A stretch of DNA of 64,000 nt from Rebecca billardiae RCC1528 (GCA_965240325.2 OZ251225.1:186001-250000), one strand, 5' to 3'; shown: positions 25,441 to 36,604, counted from the stretch's first letter. Notes: generated by a model from the letters alone, not told the origin. A program made the numbers and translations.

Positions 25441-25477
25441 CTGAGAGGGGACCTCTGAGAGGGGACCTCTGAGAGGG
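25441..25477. repeat. 14-bp tandem repeat (CTGAGAGGGGACCT, about 2.6 copies)
   Basis: Directly visible downstream of the V-ATPase E stop. Confidence 0.85.
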
Positions 25478-26151
25478 CCGCTGGGACCGGGAGGCACTCG
25501 CGCGGACCGCGCGAGCCCCGGCAGCGGCCGTGTGGAGGAGCCGCGAGGGAGCAGCTGAGACGCGTGCTGTGTGCGCGCGGTCGACGACCCTCGTGAGGCT
25601 CACCGCTGGGCCACCGCCGCACCCTTCGCGGGGGCCGGGGGCGGCGCACGGCGATCGCCTCAAAACACCGATCGCCGTGCGGCGCCGCTCGCGGCGCGGC
25701 GGCCATCTCTCGGCGCTTCAGAATCCGATGTCACATCTCTGGCGTGCGCTGCTGCCACGGCGCCGTCGCAGCGAGGGCGCTGCGACAGTGCTCATGTGTA
25801 GCGTCAGTAGTCAGTCCTGGTACTCCAACGGCGCCGCCGGTTCGGCGTCGGGCTAGTACTCCTGGCAGTGCGACCGGAAGCCGTAGGCGCTGTTCATCAT
25901 TCTGCCCGCCCCGGCCCCTCTGCTTCGCTGATGAGCTGCTCGCGGCCTCCTCATCATCGGCGGGCCGAGGGAATCACGGCCTTGATGACGAGGCCAGGTG
26001 GGCAGACGCGGCGCGAAAAAGCCTGCCCGCGAAAAAGAAAAGGGCCAGTGCCACCCGGAAAGAACCGCGAAAGAGTGGACGTGCAAGCCGCTGTGCCTGC
26101 CGCCATACTTACCTCGCGGCGCGGCGCAGGACGGCGGCCTGGCGAGACGGC

Positions 26152-26788
26152 ATGGACGATGACGAGGACGTGCCGCTCAACCCGGCGCCCACAGAGAAGC
26201 CCAAGGTGCCAGAAGGCATCTCCGCCTTCAACATCGCCAGCGCGCGCTCGGGCGCGGACCTCTTTGAGGAGGAGAGCGCAGCCATTGCGGGCGAGGACGT
26301 GACCATCATCGTGCAGCTGCCGGACAAGGAGCTGGAGGTGAAGGTGCGCGGCGGGCGGGGCGGGGCGAGGGCGCGCGGGCAGCCACGCCGAGCTCGTCGC
26401 TGGCGCATCTGGCGCGCCGCGCCCGCCCACCGCTCCTCAAGCCGCCTCTGTGCGGCGTCGCGATCGCATCGCGCCCCCGGCCGCTGCGATGCGCCTGCGC
26501 GCCTGTGCCGCGCGCGCAGATGAAGATGGGCCACACGGTTGAGCTGCTCAAGCTCAAGGCGCGAGAGATGCTTGGGGACACGAGCATCAAGCTGGTCCGT
26601 GCTGCACCTTGCCCGCGCCCCATCGCAGCAGCGCTCCGCCACGCTCACAGCGCGGCTGCCGCTGCCGCGCGCGCGCGCAGGAGCTGCGTCTCGCCGAGTC
26701 AGACCAGGTGCTCATCGACCCGTTGTCACTGAACGACTATCCCATCGACAGCAAGGCGGTGGTCAAAGTGAAGGGCGCCATATTGTGA
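26152..26788 (+). CDS. Small ubiquitin-like (beta-grasp) domain protein; exons 26152-26343, 26520-26594, 26681-26788
   Basis: Spliced product ...VTIIVQLPDKELEVK|MKMGHTVELLKLKAREMLGDTSIKL|ELRLAESDQVLIDPLSLNDYPIDSKAVVKVKGAIL*. UBL-like pattern (TV..LK; L.D..SL.DY.I). Two phase-0 GT-AG introns. No C-terminal GG. Confidence 0.75.
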
Positions 26789-28460
26789 GCGTGCCCACAG
26801 TCGACGCGCCATCGGCGTTGACTCTCCGTCTCGGACACACAGGGACACTGACAGTGGGACAGTGGCTGGCAGCACTGCAGGAGACCGCGCGGGTGAGCGC
26901 TCCGGCCGGCCGGTGCCCTCGCTTTGCAGAGCAGCCCCGGCCTGGGCCCGGGGGGGGGCGGGGCGGTGGCGCGCGGCGGCGACAGCTTGGCTGCGTCGCA
27001 AGTCGCCTCCGCTGCGCGCGTGTGGCTGTGCCAGGTGCCATAACAGGCGCCGTCCCGGCGTCCCGCTGGCGAAGCATCAGACTGGCGGTCACACGCGGAC
27101 GACGCCCGCTGCTCTGTCTCTGTCGTCCGTGCAACGCCAGCGAAGGTGCGTGCCGCGAGCGCAGCTGCGCCGCCATGCACTACTCCCGTGTATGGCCGCA
27201 GTGGTCGACGAATCGTGGCCTCGGGTCATGAGGCTCCGCCGCCCGACTAGCCACTAGGCTGACCGTGCTGGCCCGCCCGCGCCGGGCGGGCGCGGGTCTG
27301 CCGCGGCGCGGGACGCCGGGACGCGGCCACTCGGACCGCAGTCTGATGAGTCAGCACGTGCGGTGATGTCACCCGCGACGATACGTATCCGTGATGATGC
27401 TGCATGATGCAGCATTCAGTCTCAGCGGCGCCGTCAGCTCAACGTGCTGACAATCGGCCTATACCGCGCCGCCGATCTGCGCGCGGCGGCGCTCGACGTG
27501 CCGGACCGGCGGACCGCACAGCGCACTCTCCGCCGCCGGTCTCCGGATCGGGCTCACGCTGAGAGGGTCGCCTCCGTCCTGGCGGCAGCGGCGGCGCCGA
27601 CGGTCGCCTACACAGTGCAACTGGCCCGCCGTACTAGGACTTACAGGAGTAGGCCGCCCTTGGGCTTGAGTGTTCAGAGCTCTACGAGACGATAGGAAGG
27701 AAGGATGGCGGGCAAGCTTGCTTCTGCGAGCAAGTGTCAAGTGAGTGTGCGCGCACAGTGTCCGACGCACCGGCCCGGCATCTCAGCATTCTCGATCTAC
27801 GGTAATGTCTTCCGCAATATCTACCCTCCCATGAAACTCTGTGAGGGTGGCGCGGACAGCTGCTCGGGCGGAGACCTCAATACTCCATGCGGTCCAGTGT
27901 GGGCCTGGGGAACAAGCACTGAGCAGTATCGACGCTCAACAGCGAGAGGCACTGCGCGCAGACGTCCTGCACGAGTGCTCGCTGTGCGATGCTGTTGCAG
28001 GCGGGCTAGTGCGAATGTGCCCAGCGGCCGCATGTGCGGGACCATGACTCTTGCGGCCGTGGAGCTGCAGATGCGCTCCGAGCGTCATCACCGCGGGCGC
28101 GCGCGCGCGCTCTTCGCTGCTGCGACGCAAATGAGCTTGCCTTCCATTCCGCGGCATGGCGCGCGTGGACTGTCGCGCGCATGGCCTCGCGGCTGTGTTC
28201 GTCATGGATCGCGCCGAGGATGGCATGTGCACAGGCGGGTTACGAGTATCGTCTCGGCCGCGCGCCGCCCGCGCGTCACCTGGGCGGCAAGGCCGACGCG
28301 GCTTGCTCCGTCCGGCCACTCGCGAGATTCGAGAACTTGAAACAGTCGAAACGTCTTACTGTACAATAGTGGTCGGGAGAGATGAGTGGAAGCACTCCGA
28401 ACGAACGACTCGTCCCATTTCGTCGCAACGCGCCACCCGGGACCCGTCTCGACGCCCGCG

Positions 28461-30536
28461 ATGAGTATGAGCCAAGCCGGCGACGTGTACCACAAGGTGC
28501 TCACGGAGCTGGACCGGCAGCTGGCGAGCGCGGCTGGCGTGCCCCGCCCCCCGCTGCACGCGCCCGCCGAGCTCCTCGCCTACCAGCGCGAGGACGTGGA
28601 GCAGGTGGTGCGCATGGGCGGGCGCGCGCTCCTCGCGCACGAGATGGGGCTGGGCAAGACGGTGATCGCGCTCGCCGTGGCGCGGCAGTACGCGCACGAG
28701 TGGCCCGTGCTCGTCGTCGCGCCCCCCGTCCTCCTCGCGCAGTGGGCCGCCGAGATCGAGCGCTGGCTCGGCGACTTGCTGCCCGAGGGCGGCGGCGGCG
28801 TGCAGCTCGTGACCGCCGGCAAGGCGCGCGTGCGCGAGGACGCCAAGTTCGTGCTCACGACGTACGCGCTGGTGACGGGGATGGTGCAGGCCCCCAAAGG
28901 CACGGCCAAGTGGGCGCGCGCCGGCGCCGAGCGCTCCAACGCCCACCTGCGCGCGCGCGCGGACGGGCGGCCATACTCGCTCGTGATCGCAGACGAGGCG
29001 CACGCGCTCAAGAATGACGAATCCGAGCGCTCGCGCGCGGTGTGCGCGCTGCTGCGCCGCGCGAAGCGCGCGCTGGTGCTCACGGGCACGCCGATGCCCA
29101 ACGGCTGCGCCGCCGAGCTCTACCCGCTCATCGCGAGCGTGTGCCCGCCGGTGGGCCGCGCGGTGCGGCACGCGGAGTGGTGCGGCCGCTACTGCGAGCA
29201 GCGCGCGTTCGTCACGCCGGGGCGCACGATCTACTCGTGGGCGGGGGCGAACTTCACGGAGGAGCTGCACGCGCTGCTCTCGCGCGTGCAGCTGCGCCGC
29301 CGCAAGAGCGACGTCGGACAGCAGCTGCCGCCCATCTTCCGGCACCACGTGTGCCTGCGGCTGAGCGCCAAGCAGTACCGCCCCGTGCTGCTGCAGCTGC
29401 AGCAGGGGCTGGAGATGCTCGAGGAGCACGGCGCGCCCACGCCCGAGGGGATGAGGGCGTTCACCGAGCTCGCCAGGCAGAAGACCGGCGCCATCGTCGA
29501 CTGGCTCGACGCCACCGTCTTCGACGCGGCCGACGCGCAGGCGCAGGCGCAGGCGCAGGCGCAGGCGCAGGCGCAGGCGCAGGCGCAGGCGCAGGCGCAC
29601 GGGCCGCAGGGAAGCGGCGGCGGCAAGCTGCTGCTGTTCGCGCACCACCACGTGCTGATCGACGCGCTGGTGGAGGCGCTGCGCGACCCGAAGCGCTGCG
29701 GGGAGCGCGGCTTCGTCCACGTCGACGGCCGCACGCCGGCCGCCGAGCGCGAGAAGCGGCTGGGAGCATTCCGCGCCGACGGCGCGTGCCGCGTGGCCCT
29801 ACTCTCCCTGGGCGCGTGCGGGGCGGGGCTCAACCTGACGCACGCGGACAGCGTGGTCTTCTGCGAGCTGTGCTGGTCCTCGTCCGCGCTGCAGCAGGCG
29901 GAGGCGCGCGCGCACCGCCTCGGCCAGGGCTCCTCCCACGTGAGCGTCTACTACCTCGTCGCGCTGCCCCCCGCCTCGATGGCCACGCCCACCGCGCCCA
30001 AGTCGCCCGACGAGCTGATGCTGGGCGTGCTGGAGAAGAAGCAGGGCACGATCAGCATGGTGGTCGAGGGGGAGGGCGGCGAGGAGGCGCAGCCGACGGC
30101 GCACGCCGCGCTTGAGACGGACGCGCGCGCGCGCGCGCGGCACGGCGCGCCGCACCCGCCGGCCTCGCCCACGTCCTCCCAGCCTGCGGCCGCCGCCGCC
30201 CGCGCCGCCGGTGCGTCCGCTGACGAGGCCGAGGAGGAGGAGGAGGGCGGTGTGTTGTACTGCACGCCACAGCAGCCCACACCGGCGGGCGCGGGCGGCG
30301 GTGTGGCGGGCGCGCGCATGGCGGGCGAGCACGACGCCCTGGCGCCCCACAAGCGGCGGCGCGCGGACAGCCCGCCGGCGGTGCCGCCCCGCGCCAAGTC
30401 CAAGGCCCGGACGAGTCTGGCCACCGAGCTCGCGGCCGCAGCCGGCGGCGACGGCGGTCAAGGCCGCGCCGGTCAGAACGCCCCCGAGGCCAAGCAGCCA
30501 CAGCCCGGCGACGGCGGCGTCATCGACCTCACGTGA
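28461..30536 (+). CDS. SNF2-family ATPase, SMARCAL1/ZRANB3-like, single exon
   Basis: LLAYQRE; GGRALLAHEMGLGKT; EWPVLVVAP; IADEAH; LTGTP; KLLLFAHH; HVDGRT; VALLSL..CGAGLNLTHAD; QAEARAHRLGQ. (AQ)n insert at ~29535-29597. Confidence 0.92.
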   Translation: MSMSQAGDVYHKVLTELDRQLASAAGVPRPPLHAPAELLAYQREDVEQVVRMGGRALLAHEMGLGKTVIALAVARQYAHEWPVLVVAPPVLLAQWAAEIERWLGDLLPEGGGGVQLVTAGKARVREDAKFVLTTYALVTGMVQAPKGTAKWARAGAERSNAHLRARADGRPYSLVIADEAHALKNDESERSRAVCALLRRAKRALVLTGTPMPNGCAAELYPLIASVCPPVGRAVRHAEWCGRYCEQRAFVTPGRTIYSWAGANFTEELHALLSRVQLRRRKSDVGQQLPPIFRHHVCLRLSAKQYRPVLLQLQQGLEMLEEHGAPTPEGMRAFTELARQKTGAIVDWLDATVFDAADAQAQAQAQAQAQAQAQAQAQAHGPQGSGGGKLLLFAHHHVLIDALVEALRDPKRCGERGFVHVDGRTPAAEREKRLGAFRADGACRVALLSLGACGAGLNLTHADSVVFCELCWSSSALQQAEARAHRLGQGSSHVSVYYLVALPPASMATPTAPKSPDELMLGVLEKKQGTISMVVEGEGGEEAQPTAHAALETDARARARHGAPHPPASPTSSQPAAAAARAAGASADEAEEEEEGGVLYCTPQQPTPAGAGGGVAGARMAGEHDALAPHKRRRADSPPAVPPRAKSKARTSLATELAAAAGGDGGQGRAGQNAPEAKQPQPGDGGVIDLT

Positions 30537-30739
30537 CCTGCTGGCTGATGGTATATGAGTTTACGCGCAGCATATGTGACACCGTCCGTACCGTGCTGGG
30601 GCCGGCGCAGGCCGCGTGGCCCGCGCCCGCGGTCCGCGGCCGGCGGCGGTCGCCATCACCGCATCACGGATCCGAGGCCGGCGTCCGGCCCACCGTGACC
30701 GTGATGCGCGTGCCGCCGCGTGCGGCGTCGCATGTCATG

Positions 30740-30764
30740 TATATATATGTATATATATATATAT

Positions 30765-30816
<52 letters not shown>
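30740..30816. repeat. (TA)n/(CA)n microsatellite between convergent genes
   Basis: Directly visible. Confidence 0.92.
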
Positions 30817-30820
<4 letters not shown>

Positions 30821-30977
30821 TGATGTAGTCGTATATCCGTAATCCGACATACTACCGCCGCCGAATAAATAATAATTATACCTGCTGGCAATATGGTGGC
30901 TGCTCCGAACGCGGCGCGCTTTGGCCTTTGCGTCATCGGTAGCTGCGTGCGCGCGAGACGGAGAACTGATGATGTCG

Positions 30978-33021
30978 TCAACGTGACGTAGTAGCGGCAG
31001 GGTCTTGCGGCGGCACAGGTTGAGATGGGATTGCAGCGATGGCCCCGAGAGCCCAAGATTCGACGCCTGAACCGGGTCCGGCGGACCCCGAGCGAAAGCG
31101 GTAAGAGCCGCCCCGGCGCGGCGGCCTGGGGAGGGGCTGGGGACGGGAAGCGTGGTCAGCCTCAGCCCGGGCGGCGGCGGAGCCCGCCTGTGTGAATGTG
31201 AACCCCGCCTGCTTCGCGTCGTTGGACCCTGCGCTGGCCCTTGGCGGAGCAGCGCTGAGCGCGTTGCTCTGCGCTGGCGACTGCGGCGGGCTGGCGTGGT
31301 CGTCGGCGTCGCTCAGCCTGAAAGGCGTGGGCGCTGAGCCAGACGAGTCGCGATCTTGGCCACAGTCGTCGCGCGGCCGGCTCCTCGTCGGCTCGGGAGC
31401 CTTCCCGTCGACTGAGCAGGGGTGCACGGCCGTGCGCGAGACGCCGTGGATGTTGGCGGCGGCGCCTCGCGCGGCACTCGAGCACCGGCGGATGAGGCCG
31501 CCAACGCCCGGCTCAGGGCCGTCGGTCCGCTCGGCCTCCGGCTTGTTGTGCATCATTCGCAGCTCGCGCAGCGCCAGCTCGTTCTGCTTCGCGGGCGCGC
31601 CGTCGACGGGCTCGTGCGCGGGGCTCTGCGACGCGTTGGCCGGTCGGAGGTCCTTGGTGAGCGCCTGCGAGTGCTCGGCGAACGCCGTGGGCGCCTCGAG
31701 CATTGTGTGGCACTCCAGGGCGAGGTCCGTGAAGTAGTGGGACTGGGGGTCTGGCGCACAGTGGGTGTGTGCGAGGGGGCGGGGGAGCCGGTGGTCAGCT
31801 GGGGGCGCGACACGGGTGCGACGGCGCTCGAGCCTCGGCCTCACGCGCGAGATTGCACGCACAGTCTGCGGCATCGTAGCCGAAGGGGTTGGAGAGGATG
31901 GTGTGCAGGTTGAGGCAGCCCTGGTAGAAGATGGAGTAGAGCGCGACGAGGAAGATGTACGAGACGAAGTTCAGCCAGTCCTCCGCGTCCAGGGCCAGCC
32001 TGAGCCGGAACCCCGCGAAGAGGCTGTACGCGAGCAGCGTGAGCTTGACGAGCAGCGTGATGAGCGCAATGTACGGCAGCGGGATCTGCGAGTCGACCAT
32101 AGCTCCGCACTTGCCGATAGCGCCGCGTAGCGAGAAGAGCTGCTCGAGGAAGAGCTTACGCTCGACGGCCGCCTCCGGGTTGCGCGCGAGCGAGGCGTCG
32201 ACGACGGTCCGGCCCAGCCACATGGCGACGGTGGCTGCCCACTTGCCCTGCGGCATGGCGCGCAGGTAGAGGCGCTCGTCCTCGTCGAGCAGCCCGGCGT
32301 CGCCGAATGCGGCGAGCGAAGTCTCGCCGCGCATCTCGAGGAAGAGGAGCATCAGGCAGAGCAGGACGTACCGCAGCACGCGGCGGCGCACCGCGAGCAT
32401 CACCAGGTCCTTGCCTCCCATGGACTGGCCAACGTGCACGCACAGGTCGGCCGTGTGTCCGAGCACGCCGCCAACACCATTGTAGCGCAAGTCGAGCCAG
32501 CGCGACATCACGAGGCTGACGAAAAGCGCGAGGAGGAAGGCCGACAAGGCGTGGAGCGGGTCGAGGATTGTTGCCAGGTGCTCTGCCTGCGCGTGCACCA
32601 CCTCCGCGTCGTCGATGCCGTACACGAGGGCGATGCCGATCGAGATGCAGATCAGAGTCAGGGTCTGCAGGATGAGGAACGGATCCTCGAGCACGGTGCC
32701 GCGGAGGACGACGGCAAACCCGAGACGATGGATGCTGCCGACGTCGTACTTGACCACATGGCCCGACGTTGAGTAGCTCACGCGGTCCTGCTCCTCGCCG
32801 CCCAGGCAACCGCGCACGTTGTCCCAGCACATCGCGTTCGAGCCGCCCATGATCGACTCGCGTGCCCGGGTCAGCTCGTGGATGTCTGCGATGGGCTTGG
32901 TCATCTGGCGGTGAAACATGTACGCACGAGGGCCGCGCGAGCGGAGCGGTGACGAAGCCGGAGACACCACCGAGTGGCGCGCGGACGGCGCGCTACGCGA
33001 GTTCGAGAGACCGGCCCCCAT
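30978..33021 (-). CDS. Bestrophin-family anion channel; exons 33021-31863, 31750-30978
   Basis: TM helices; AFLLALFVSLVMSRW; VLRYVLL; IPLPY; Ca-clasp-like LSNPFGYDAAD|YP formed across the phase-1 GT-AG intron 31862-31751; disordered C-tail. Alternative start at 32919. Confidence 0.85.
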
Positions 33022-33049
33022 GATACAGTTTACTAAGAATAAGAGACGC

Positions 33050-35075
33050 ATAGGCTGTCCGACTCTACACTGCTGTGTAGAGGCTGCCGAAAGTCTGCTC
33101 TAGCGGGACCCCCGCGCACTGGGGTCGTTCCGGGCGCGAGCTCGGCGGGGACGTGGCGAGCGGGTCGGCGCGCGCCGTGGGCTGGGTGTGCGATTTTACC
33201 AACGTATCGGTCGACCTGACCCTCCCCGTCGCGCCGCTCTTGCCCTCGTGGCCTCTCTTCCCCCCAACACGGGTGCGCGCAGCCGCTTGAACAGCCTGGC
33301 TGCAGGTCGTTCACAGACGGCAGGCCGCGTGCAACCTGCGCGGGTGAAGAGGGGTGGCTTGTTGCGTGGTTACGCGGCTGACGCCCGTGTGTGGCCTTGC
33401 GAGCCTTTGTGTGCGAGGTTACTTGCCCACATCTGCTCTCGCGTGTCATGCGCGCGTGCAACGAACACTATGCCGTATGCGACCGCAGCAGCCGAGGCCA
33501 CTGCCACTGGCTATCCACGTCGCGCGCGAGATCGTCGACATTCTGACGGGCTCGCATCCAGGCGAGTGCAAGTGCGCGCGCTGCGTTACGTTCCTCCCGT
33601 CCACTGGAGGTGTGCACTGTGAAGCGGAGTCCAGCAGCCAAAACGACATGGGCATCTGACTCGTCATTCGTGTCAACCTGTGACGACGGGCATCGCGCCA
33701 GGCTGAGAGGCCAGTGCCCAGGATAGCTCGGGTGATGGGGCACCGCACGTCTGATCATCGGATGGCAGATGAAGTCAGCAACGTACTAGATCAAGCGTCG
33801 GCTTGTCCACGTCGCCGGCGCGGTGTGCGCACTCTCCTGCTGCCGCTGCTGCACTACAGCGCTACTGTACTCTGACAATTATAGGATTTAAAGACACATC
33901 AGGTATGAGGACGCAGCTCTCCTGATTCGTCTGTCGAAGTACTGATTGGAGGCGGAGGATGTGAGCGCGTTAGCCGCGGATGAGGGAGTCGTCGCCGATG
34001 CTGATCACTGAGATGCCGCGCGCTGTGACTTGCAGTCGTCGGTCGTCACGCCGTTGCCGCCGTCGGACGGTCGGTCCCGGCTGACGAGTGACGGTCCGAG
34101 TTGATGCAGTAAGCTAGTGAGAGTAGTCTGCGTGGATGCTCACGCCAGCCGCCGGTGCGGTCGGGGATGGCGCTCACCCTAGCCGTGGGGGAGGTAGTCG
34201 GCCTGGCCGGCGGGCGGGGTTGCTCAATATTCGTTTCTTTTAATATTTTATTCATCGCCGTGGATTTAATTTTAAACCCGGCCACGCTAACGACATGACC
34301 TTGTGGCGCGTTGCGTCGGAGAACGGGACGGCAGCCTGCCCGCTCGGAGCGTGCTTGTACGCCACAAGCATGCGGGCGACGATGCTTGATGATTCCCACT
34401 CTCGCACCGGAGCTGTGAGTCTGTGTAACACAGTGACGCGGGAGCCGAGGGTGACTCGACGGGCAACTTCAGGAATGCACCTGCCAGAAGCACTGCCTTC
34501 AATATCAAGCACGCAGATGGCAAAGACGAAGGCCACAAGCATGCGACAGAACATGTTAACGATATGGCGTCACCGTCTTAGTGCCTGCAGTGGCCCCACG
34601 CTGGCCCAGCTGGCAGCAGGTGGACAAGCGCAAGCGCAGCGGAGATCCGATGGTGTACGTTACACGCGCGCATGACACGCGAGAGCGGATGTGGGCAAGT
34701 AATCTCGCACACAAAGGCTCGCAAGGCCACATATGAGCGTCAGCCACGCAACCACGCAACAAGCCACCCCTCTTCACCCGCGCAGGTTGCACGCGGCCCG
34801 CCGTCTGTGAACGACCTGCAGCCAGGCTGTTCAAGCGGCTGCGCGCACCCGTGTTGGGGGGAAGAGAGGCCGCGAGGGCAAGAGCGGCGCGACGGGGAGG
34901 GTCAGATCGACCGATACGTTGGTAAAATCGCGCACCCAGCCCGCGGCGCGCACCGACCCGCTCGCCACGTCCCCGCCGAGCTCGCGCCCAGTGCAGCCCC
35001 AGTGCGCGGGGGTCCCGCTAGAGCAGACTTTCGGCAGGCCCCCCGTAGCCAGCGGAGGGGGGCCGGACAGGCTAA
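33050..35075. mobile_element. Non-autonomous Mutator-like element: ~420-bp TIRs, 9-10 bp TSD AAGAGACGC(A)
   Basis: 33084-33470 is the reverse complement of 34651-35037 (about 20 mismatches by eye). Terminal 11-mers 33051-33061 and 35064-35074 match with one mismatch. Direct repeat AAGAGACGCA at 33041-33050 and 35076-35085. No intact transposase in the 1.18-kb interior. Confidence 0.85.
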
Positions 35076-35365
35076 AAGAGACGCACACAGGTGTGCATGC
35101 ATGCACACAGCTCAGGCAGGCGAGATGAACGGGTGCCTGAGCCGGGTTGGTAGAACTCGTCAACTCGAAGCAGATTAATAGCGGAGGGCACCAGCCGAAA
35201 TGAACACAATAGCAGGCTGTACGTACTTTAGTCTGATGCGTACTTATCATCATCAGCATCATTAATGATGATGATGATACATCAGTACAATCGTTATTGA
35301 ACCTGCTGCCCTTGATCGGTTGATGGCTGTGACATCAGTCATCACACAGTCACACATAACCGTAC

Positions 35366-36315
35366 TACGTAATTCTATGTGCGAATCAAGGCCTATGGCC
35401 GGCCATGACCGATGATATTGGCCGCTAGGCGGCCATGGCCGATGGTTAGCGGTCGACCATCCATCTCTGGCCGATGGGTATTGGCCGATGGCCGTCCGGC
35501 GGCCGGACCGCCGTACTCGTAGGCCGCGCCGGACGGCACGGCCACGGCGCCGGCGCGTGATGGCCGCGTGAGCACGCCGCGCGGGCTGCAGCACTGTCCG
35601 ACTCTGCACGGTCGTCGTAGTTCGAGAGGGCGGCCCCGGGGCTCGGCCGACCCAACTGGTGGACTTGTTGAGCCCCAGTGGCGGTCTCGACCGAGCTTGG
35701 CAGGTGTGTGTGTGTGCCTAGGTGTAGTGTGTTAATCTGATATATACAGGCGACTATGATGTCTATTGCGATGTATTTGCCGATTCTGCGCGCCGGCCCG
35801 GCGAGTGAAGGACGCGAGGTGCAGCAGGTGGCGAGCCCGGCGAGACTCCGAGGGCGAGTCAGCGGCCGCACCCGCGCCCGCGACCGCGCCCACGCCCGCG
35901 CCCACGACCCCTACCTACTTCCGTGCCACGGCTCGCGCTTGCACTGCCAGCAGCGCTGCTGCATCGTCTCACGCAGACCACGTCTGCCGACGCGGCGACT
36001 GCGGCAGCCTCGCGGCGAGCGGACGAGCGGTGGCTGCCGCAGCACAGTAGTCGGCTGCAAGCTGAGCTTCTGCGACGAGATCATGCCCAGACAGAGTCAA
36101 GCCGACCTCGTTGGGGTACCATACGTTCTGCCCGTCAGTGGTGAATCATCTTTTGCCGAAAAAGAAAAAGGGATGAATGAATATATATATGTATTCATTT
36201 ATTCATTTATTCGTCGTAGTCGGCCACTGGCCGATGAACGGGCAAAAGTGGGCATCCTGTGGCCGACGGGTTGGCCGACGCCCGTCGAGGCTTGATTCGC
36301 ACACAGCTACTCGTA
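35366..36315. mobile_element. Possible MITE-like element with short TIRs and subterminal TGGCCGA repeats
   Basis: TGTGCGAATCAAG (35378-35390) is the exact reverse complement of 36291-36303, extendable imperfectly to TACG/CGTA. Three TGGCCGA copies lie inside each end. Confidence 0.45.
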
Positions 36316-36604
36316 TGGCCCATTGGCCCGCAAGCTATGGCGTCACTGACAATGACATGCATGCAGTCGGACTCGCCAGGCGGACAACTGTGAAGGAGTC
36401 GTAGCGGTCACTCGGTAGTGACAGTGTGCCTGACTGTTGTCGCCCCGGCGGAGCGTGACGCCAGTGCAAGAGGGGGCGATTCCCGCTGAATGAACCCGCG
36501 GTCCCGCCCCCATCGCGCGCCTCCGTTCGCTCAGCCGCTCTGCCCGCGGCCCCGGGGTGACTGTCACTGTGGCTGTGCCTCGCGCGAGTACTCGCGAGTG
36601 GAAC

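Noticed and set aside
18205-25477. Short tandem repeats as CRISPR-like arrays
   Set aside because: They are head-to-tail copies without spacers, in a eukaryotic context with no cas genes.
26105-26114. ATACTTACCT, matching the 5' end of U1 snRNA
   Set aside because: No U1 stem-loop I/II loop sequences or Sm site follow, and it lies in the 5' region of a protein gene.
35245-35279. (ATC)n/(GAT)n palindrome
   Set aside because: Simple trinucleotide low complexity also seen in other spacers (~46450-46620, ~47330-47400, ~54145-54200); no specific function supportable.
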